A DNA stretch of 64,000 nucleotides from Burkholderiales bacterium (GTDB lineage Bacteria; Pseudomonadota; Gammaproteobacteria; Burkholderiales; Burkholderiaceae_E), in assembly GCA_044507525.1 (NCBI GenBank), contig JBIQJM010000001.1:18463-82462 (forward strand), written 5' to 3'. Shown piece by piece: positions 57,931 through 64,000 of this stretch (position 1 is the stretch's first letter; each line of letters starts with the position of its first letter). Position numbers and translations under genes: made by a program. The notes beneath the pieces were generated by a model. That model saw nothing but the letters and a program-made list of their open reading frames with translations. It was not told the DNA's origin and did no database searches.

Positions 57931-59244
57931 TCACCGCTCGACGCGCAACAGCGGCTCGAGCGCCCGCACCGTCCGCTCGGTCGCGCCGCGGTGGCGCGCC
58001 GTGAACGCGAGTGCACGGTCGCTCATCGACTGGCGCCGCTCGGGTTCCAGCACGATCTCCAGCGCCTTCTTCACCGCGCGCGCCGCGTCGGGCACGCGGA
58101 TCGCCGCATCGGCATCGATCGCGCGCTCGGCGGCCTCGGCGAAGTTGAAGGTGTGCGGACCGACGATCACCGGGACCCCGGCCGCACACGCCTCGATCAG
58201 GTTCTGCCCGCCGTAGGGAAGCAGCGAACCGCCGATGATCGCCACGTCGGCCAGCGCGTACCAGGCGGACATCTCGCCCATCGAATCGCCGAGGATCACC
58301 TGCGCGTCGCAGCGCTGCCCCTCGGGGATCCGGCTGCGCCTCGCCAGGCGCCAGCCGTGCGATTCGATCAGCGTCGCCACCGCATCGAAGCGCTGCGGAT
58401 GCCGGGGCACGATCACGAGCAGCGGCGGAAAGCGGCTGGCGAGCGACGGCGGCAGCAGCGCCGACGCCCAGGCGTCGAGCAGCAGCGCTTCCTCGCCTTC
58501 GCGCGTGCTCGCCGCGACGACGCAGAAGCGCGGCAAGCCGTCGGCACGCTGTGCGGCGAGCCAGTCGATGCGCCATTGGTGCCCGAGCGCCTCGAGCCGC
58601 GGCGCCGAACCGACGTCGAACTTCAGGTTGCCGAGCACGCGCGCGTCGCCGCGGCCCAGCTGCGCGAGCCGGCTCGCGTCATCCTGCGATTGCGCCAGCA
58701 CCAGATCGAGCTTCGCGAGCGCAGGCTCGATCAGCCGCGCCCAGCGCTGTCCCTTGCGCAGCGAACGCTCGGAGAGGCGCGCGTTGACGAGCGCGAGCCG
58801 TACCCCTTCGTCGTGCGCGATCGCGACGAGGTTCGGCCACAGCTCGGTCTCCATCAGCAGCCCGACCGACGGGCGCCACGCACGAAGGAAGCGGCGCACG
58901 GCGAAGGGATAGTCGTACGGCAGGTAGGCGCGATGGATGCGCGGGTGCGAGAACAGCGCAGCGGCCGCTTCGCGCCCGGTCGGCGTCATGTGCGTGACGA
59001 GCAGCTCGTACTGCGGATAGCGCTCGAGCAGCGCATCGACCAGCGGTTGCGCCGCGCGCGTCTCGCCGACCGAAACCGCGTGCAGCCAGATCAGCGGCTG
59101 GAGGTCGCCGCGCGGCGAATGCGCGCCGAAGCGCTCGCCGAGGTGGTGCCGGTACCCGGGCTGGCGGCGCGAGCGCCACAGCAGGTGCACGAAGAGCCAC
59201 GGCATCGCCAGGTACCAGGCGATCGTGTATAGCCACCGTGCCAT
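57931..59244 (-). CDS. waaA: Kdo transferase
   Basis: WLHAVSVGE, YLPYD, ETELWPN, GNLKFD, VPRHPQRF, GDSMGEM, GGQN. Confidence 0.96.
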   Translation of the reverse strand: MARWLYTIAWYLAMPWLFVHLLWRSRRQPGYRHHLGERFGAHSPRGDLQPLIWLHAVSVGETRAAQPLVDALLERYPQYELLVTHMTPTGREAAAALFSHPRIHRAYLPYDYPFAVRRFLRAWRPSVGLLMETELWPNLVAIAHDEGVRLALVNARLSERSLRKGQRWARLIEPALAKLDLVLAQSQDDASRLAQLGRGDARVLGNLKFDVGSAPRLEALGHQWRIDWLAAQRADGLPRFCVVAASTREGEEALLLDAWASALLPPSLASRFPPLLVIVPRHPQRFDAVATLIESHGWRLARRSRIPEGQRCDAQVILGDSMGEMSAWYALADVAIIGGSLLPYGGQNLIEACAAGVPVIVGPHTFNFAEAAERAIDADAAIRVPDAARAVKKALEIVLEPERRQSMSDRALAFTARHRGATERTVRALEPLLRVER

Positions 59245-59265
59245 GTCGCGAGAGAGCGTCCGCAG

Positions 59266-59349
59266 TCAGCGTTCCCGGAACGGATCGACGGTCTCGAGCC
59301 CGTCGAAATCCTGGCCGAGCAGCACGTTCGTGTCGAAGAACCTATGCAT
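59266..59349 (-). pseudogene. PIN-domain (VapC-like) toxin relic with large internal deletion
   Basis: MHRFFDTNVLL|GQDFDGLETVDPFRER*: PIN N-terminal motif joined directly to a PIN-like C-terminus. Confidence 0.65.
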
Positions 59350-59485
59350 CAATGGAGATACTGCGGTTCGTGGCGCGTCGGGCAGCCGGCGCCGCGCCGG
59401 CATCGCCTCACGACCCCTGCTCCTGCGCGCGCATGCGCCGGCTCCGGAGCACCACTTCGTCGACGGCGATGATGAGATTGCTCAT
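59349..59485 (-). pseudogene. Ribbon-helix-helix antitoxin relic
   Basis: MSNLIIAVDEVVLRSRRMRAQEQGS* (premature stop at 59408); a shifted frame ends YLH* overlapping the toxin ATG (TGATG). Confidence 0.55.
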
Positions 59486-59861
59486 CCGAATCTGCACTCG
59501 TGCTGGACGAATCAAGTGTAGCACCAGCCCCCGGATGCAAACCTTTTCGTGCCGCCACCCGCTTCGGAACGAATAAAGGTCGCGAGCGATTCTCGTGCGG
59601 GTCGTCCGGGAGGCCTTCGGCGCGGCAGTCGACCCGCGACGCGCGTCGACGGAAGGCCGCGAGCCCGTGCTTTTCGTCGCGCTGCCGGGCCGACCGCACA
59701 CCGGACTCGCCGGCGCGCAGATTTTCGTGCCGGGACAAACGGAATAACCCACCGACCCTATATTTCGGTATGCCCTCGGGATCGGCTATGGCAGTATTCC
59801 GCAACGCGCGAATCGACTGACACGCGCATCGGAAACAAGCACCGGGGAGTATCAAAGAAAA

Positions 59862-60209
59862 ATGCCGCGTAAATCTTATGAATCCATCCGCAAGCAGATC
59901 GAGAAACTCGAGGCGCAGGCCGCGAAACTCGAGGCGGTCGCCGACGAGAAGAAGAAAAAGGCCGTCGGGCAGGTCGTGACGCTGATGAAGAAGCTCGACG
60001 TCACTCCCGAAGACATCATGGAATATCGCCCGCGGCGCGGTCGCGGCCGCGCCGCGAAGAAGGCGACGGCACGCCCCCGCAAACCGGTCGCGCCGAAGTT
60101 CCGCAACAGCAAGACCGGCGAAACCTGGAGCGGTCGCGGCCGCACGCCGCGCTGGCTCGCCGCCCTGGAAGCGCAAGGGAAATCGCGCGAGGACTACCGC
60201 ATCCAGTGA
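59862..60209 (+). CDS. hns: H-NS family nucleoid protein
   Basis: Coiled-coil N-terminus; PKFRN..TGETWSGRGRTPRW. Confidence 0.92.
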   Translation: MPRKSYESIRKQIEKLEAQAAKLEAVADEKKKKAVGQVVTLMKKLDVTPEDIMEYRPRRGRGRAAKKATARPRKPVAPKFRNSKTGETWSGRGRTPRWLAALEAQGKSREDYRIQ

Positions 60210-60301
60210 CGTAGTTCCGAAAATCGGGGACGGACGCCGTTCGGCCGGTCCCCTGCCCCCTCCTGACGACCGGATCGAAATCGCGATCCGGGTCTCTCCG
60301 C

Positions 60302-61693
60302 CTAGAAAGGAAGCAGCGCCTCGGGCGCGATGCGGCGAATCGCGCTCCTGAAATCCGCCTGGATCCGTTCGAGCGCCGCCGGCGTGTCGGCTTCGAAGCG
60401 GATCACCACCACCGGCGTCGTGTTCGACGGACGCGCAAGACCGAAGCCGTCCGGGTACTCGACGCGAACGCCGTCGATCGTGATCACGTCGGTCGCGCCT
60501 TCGAAACGCGCCTCGCGCTTCAGCCTCTCGACGAGCGCGAAATTCTCGCCCTCGGCGGTCTTCAGGTGCAGCTCCGGCGTCGCCGGCGAATCGGGCAACG
60601 CATTGAGCTCGGCGGACGGGTCGGCGCTTTGCGAGAGAATCTCGAGCAGCCGCGCGCCGGTATAAAGACCGTCGTCGAAGCCGTACCAGCGCTCCTTGAA
60701 AAAAACGTGCCCGCTCATCTCACCGGCGAGCGGCGCCCCGCTTTCCTTCAGCTTCGCCTTGATCAGCGAATGCCCGGTGCGCCACATCGTCGGCCGCCCG
60801 CCGTGCCGGCGCACGAAGGCCGCGACGTTTCGACTGCACTTGACGTCGTAGATGATCTCGGCGCCGGGATTGCGCGAGAGCACGTCCTTCGCGAAGAGCA
60901 TCAGCTGGCGGTCGGGATAGATGATGCTTCCGTCCTTCGTCACGACGCCGAGCCGATCGCCGTCGCCGTCGAAGGCCAGTCCGATCTCGGCATCGCTTTC
61001 CCGCAGGCAGCGGATCAGGTCCTGCAGGTTCTCGGGATGCGCGGGATCCGGATGGTGGTTCGGGAAGGTTCCGTCGACATCGCAGAAGAGTTCGATCACT
61101 TCGCAGCCGAGTGCACGGAAGAGCCGCGGAGCGATCGCGCCGGCGACGCCGTTGCCGCAGTCGACGGCGATCTTCATCGGGCGCGCGAGCTTCGCATCGC
61201 CGACGATGCGATCGACGTAGCGCTGCGACAGGTCCACGGTGCGATACCCGCCGCGCTCTGCGGCCGCACCCCCCTTCGTCGATCCCGACTCGATGGAGCG
61301 GCGCAGCGCCTGGATCGCATCGCCGTGGATGGCGTCGCCGGCGACCACCATCTTCAGCCCGTTGTAGTCGGGGGGATTGTGGCTGCCGGTGACCGCGACC
61401 CCGGTTCCGGTGTCGAGCTCGAAAGTCGCGTAATACACGACCGGCGTCGGAACCATGCCGACATCGACGACCGAAACGCCGGCGTCGCGAAAACCGTCGG
61501 AGAGTGCAGCCGCGAGCCTGGGGCCGGACAGGCGCCCGTCGCGGCCGATCACCGTCTCGCGCGCCCCGGCCTGGCGCGCCTGCGCACCGAGCGCCAGGCC
61601 GATCGCGCGCACCGCGTCGACGGTCAGGGTGTCGTCGACGATGCCGCGGATGTCGTAGGCCTTGAAGATCGACGCAGAGATACGGACGGACAT
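60302..61693 (-). CDS. algC: Phosphomannomutase/phosphoglucomutase
   Basis: FKAYDIRG, TGSHNP, DGDGDR, GEMSGH, SNTTP. Confidence 0.94.
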   Translation of the reverse strand: MSVRISASIFKAYDIRGIVDDTLTVDAVRAIGLALGAQARQAGARETVIGRDGRLSGPRLAAALSDGFRDAGVSVVDVGMVPTPVVYYATFELDTGTGVAVTGSHNPPDYNGLKMVVAGDAIHGDAIQALRRSIESGSTKGGAAAERGGYRTVDLSQRYVDRIVGDAKLARPMKIAVDCGNGVAGAIAPRLFRALGCEVIELFCDVDGTFPNHHPDPAHPENLQDLIRCLRESDAEIGLAFDGDGDRLGVVTKDGSIIYPDRQLMLFAKDVLSRNPGAEIIYDVKCSRNVAAFVRRHGGRPTMWRTGHSLIKAKLKESGAPLAGEMSGHVFFKERWYGFDDGLYTGARLLEILSQSADPSAELNALPDSPATPELHLKTAEGENFALVERLKREARFEGATDVITIDGVRVEYPDGFGLARPSNTTPVVVIRFEADTPAALERIQADFRSAIRRIAPEALLPF

Positions 61694-61718
61694 CAGGCGG
61701 CAGCCTCCACAGCGTGGT

Positions 61719-63605
61719 TCATTGAGCCCCCGCAGCCGAGCTCCCACCGGTCACCACGCGCAGCGTCGGTGCCGGCTTCACGAGAAACGGCGTGTATTCG
61801 GGAACACGCGCGGCGAGCTCCCTTCGCACCGTGAGATCGTCGGTCGGCGCAGGCTGTTCCAGCCAGGCGCGCACCGACGCGAGAAAGTCGACGTCGACGG
61901 GACGCGAGCGCGCGATGCGCAGTTTCGGATGCGGCGTCTCGCGCGTCTGCTCGGCATCGGCGAGCAGCTCCTCGAAGAGCTTCTCGCCCGGGCGCAACCC
62001 GGTGAACTCGATGCGAATGTCCGACTCCGAGTATCCGGACAAACGGATCATGTTGCGCGCGAGGTCGACGATGCGCACCGGCTCGCCCATGTCGAGAACG
62101 AAGATCTCGCCGCCGCCGCCCATCGCCGCGGCCTGGAGCACCAGCTGCGCCGCCTCCGGAATCGACATGAAGTAGCGCGTGATCTCCGGATGGGTGACGG
62201 TAACCGGCCCGCCGCGCGCGATCTGCGCCTGGAACTTCGGGATCACGCTTCCGGCGCTGCCGAGCACGTTGCCGAAGCGCACCATCTCGAACTGCGTACG
62301 CCCGCCCGACGCCTGCAGCGCCTGGCACGACATCTCGGCGAGGCGTTTCGTGGCCCCCATCACGTTCGTCGGATTGACCGCCTTGTCCGTGGAGATCAGT
62401 ACGAAGCGTTCGGCGTCGTATCGCTGCGCGCACTCGGCCACCCGCAGCGTACCCAGCACGTTGTTGCGCACCGCCTGCCAGGCGTTGCCGACCTCCATCA
62501 GCGGCACGTGCTTGTAGGCGGCAGCATGGAAGACCACCTGGGGACGAAAGCCGTCGAACACCTCGTCGACCCGCTCGGCATCCTTGACGTCGCCGGCGAG
62601 TGCGACGAGCGGGACGTCGGGCCGGTTCACCGCGAACCACTGCTCGAGCGAGTACAGCGCGAACTCGCTCTGTTCGAAGAGGATCAGCTTCGCGGGCTCG
62701 AAACGCGCGAGCTGGCGGCACAACTCGCTGCCGATCGAGCCGCCGGCGCCGGTGACGAGCACCGACCTGCCGGCCAGCATCGCGGAGACGTTCTCGGTGT
62801 CGATATGGACGGTGTCCCTGCCGAGAAGGTCGTCGATCTCGAGCGGGCGAATCGACGAGACCGCGACGCGTCCCGAGATGATGTCGTCGACCCCCGGTAC
62901 CGTGAACACGTGCGCACCCGCCTGGACGGCGAGGTCGGCTGCCTTGCGGCGCACCGACGTTCCGGTCGAGGGCAATGCGAGGATGACGTGACGCGCCTTC
63001 TCCGCAGCGACGACCTTGGGCAGCGTGTCGATCGCACCGAAGATCGGAGCACCGAGGATCTCGCGCTTCCATTTCGCCGGGTCGTCGTCGACCAGGCCGA
63101 CGACGCGCCAGTCGGGGTTGCGCTCTAGCTCGCGTACGAGCAGGGCTCCCCCGCGCCCGGCACCGACGATGACGACGGGCTTGCCTTGTGCGATCAGCCC
63201 GCCGTAGAGACGGTGCTCCTTCAACATCCGGTAGGCGGCACGGCCGCCGGCCATCCAGGCGACGAGGAGCAGCGGGTAGAGAACGAGAATCGAACGCGGC
63301 ACTGCCGGATGGATTCGGTTCAGCGCCACGAAGACCAGGAGGACGACGGTAGAGGCAGCGACTGCGCGCAGCACGCGCTTGAGGTCCGGCAGGCTCGCGA
63401 AGATCCACAGCCCGCGGTACAAGCCAGCCCACAGACATGCGAAGGCGTGCGCGGGAACCAGGAACAGCGCACCGGCCACGATCTGCCGTTCGTAGGCCTC
63501 GGGCCATTCGAGGTTGAAGCGCAAGGCGAAGGCACCCACCCACGCAACGATCGGCGCGGCGACGTCGAACAGAAAGACCAGCAGGGAGCGGGCGGATACG
63601 TTCAT
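61719..63605 (-). CDS. Nucleoside-diphosphate sugar 4,6-dehydratase (WbpM/CapD/PglF-like); start uncertain up to 63683
   Basis: N-terminal TMs, TGAGGSIGSELCRQ, HAAAYKHVP, STDKAVNP, RFGNVLGS, GLRPGEKL. Confidence 0.92.
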   Translation of the reverse strand: MNVSARSLLVFLFDVAAPIVAWVGAFALRFNLEWPEAYERQIVAGALFLVPAHAFACLWAGLYRGLWIFASLPDLKRVLRAVAASTVVLLVFVALNRIHPAVPRSILVLYPLLLVAWMAGGRAAYRMLKEHRLYGGLIAQGKPVVIVGAGRGGALLVRELERNPDWRVVGLVDDDPAKWKREILGAPIFGAIDTLPKVVAAEKARHVILALPSTGTSVRRKAADLAVQAGAHVFTVPGVDDIISGRVAVSSIRPLEIDDLLGRDTVHIDTENVSAMLAGRSVLVTGAGGSIGSELCRQLARFEPAKLILFEQSEFALYSLEQWFAVNRPDVPLVALAGDVKDAERVDEVFDGFRPQVVFHAAAYKHVPLMEVGNAWQAVRNNVLGTLRVAECAQRYDAERFVLISTDKAVNPTNVMGATKRLAEMSCQALQASGGRTQFEMVRFGNVLGSAGSVIPKFQAQIARGGPVTVTHPEITRYFMSIPEAAQLVLQAAAMGGGGEIFVLDMGEPVRIVDLARNMIRLSGYSESDIRIEFTGLRPGEKLFEELLADAEQTRETPHPKLRIARSRPVDVDFLASVRAWLEQPAPTDDLTVRRELAARVPEYTPFLVKPAPTLRVVTGGSSAAGAQ

Positions 63606-63679
63606 GCGCTTGCGGGGGAAGGGAGCCGATGGTAACGCGATCCCGGTCATGGCCTGCAAGTGACCGACCCGGGATTGCC

Positions 63680-64000
63680 TCAACGCGCGAGAGGTTTCTC
63701 CTCACCCGCGTGGAGTCCGAGCGCCATCGCCAGCAAGGGGAGATACGCGATCGACAACGCCGTGAACGCATCGAGAAGGCCGAGTGCGACACAGGCCGCG
63801 ATCGGGAACAGCCATAGCGCATTGATGAACGCAACGCCGAGCGTGACGGGAAGATGTCCACCGAAGCGGCGAGACGCGTGCTGGTAGGCGTGGCTCCGGT
63901 GCGCCTCGTATACGCGTTCTCCGCGCATCAGTCGGCGCACCAGAGTCACGGTGGCATCCACGACGAACACGCCCAGCAGGATCTGCCACGCCCAGAACAG
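63680..64000 (-). CDS. Glycosyltransferase family 4 (WbpL/MraY-like), 3' part only
   Basis: FVVDATVTLVRR...YEAHRSHAYQ; frame open to the window edge. Confidence 0.85.
   Translation of the reverse strand: MFWAWQILLGVFVVDATVTLVRRLMRGERVYEAHRSHAYQHASRRFGGHLPVTLGVAFINALWLFPIAACVALGLLDAFTALSIAYLPLLAMALGLHAGEEKPLAR

Noticed and set aside
60226..60294. Two GC hairpins between hns and pmm
   Set aside because: Imperfect and without U-tracts; not enough to call terminators or REP elements

Overview
High-GC (roughly 70%, estimated by eye) chromosomal window. The gene set and neighbourhoods (pepN-fbp, pat-HDAC, pcm-rhodanese-tolC-waaA, RGR-type H-NS) suggest a Burkholderiales-like betaproteobacterium. 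It holds about 62 CDS and one tRNA-Gly(CCC). I saw no CRISPR array, integrase or transposase. Most notable: (1) a TonB receptor-NitT/TauT-type ABC importer-NnrS operon behind a well-spaced FNR/DNR class II promoter overlapped by a Fur box, with unknown substrate; (2) a furin/kexin-like lipoprotein protease without a propeptide, followed by a separately encoded prodomain-like protein ending in R-A-T-K; (3) a urease operon split between ureA and ureB by the whole urtABCDE cassette, which has its own sigma54 promoter, plus a ureA-like scar before ureB; (4) a LecA-like lectin with a PEP-CTERM-type tail under a complete sigma54/IHF/enhancer promoter; (5) an OsmC-like gene inside thiS-thiG; (6) an alphaproteobacterial-looking fabAB; (7) a collapsed antitoxin/PIN toxin relic upstream of waaA. 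All family assignments come from motif recognition by eye; no database searches were run.
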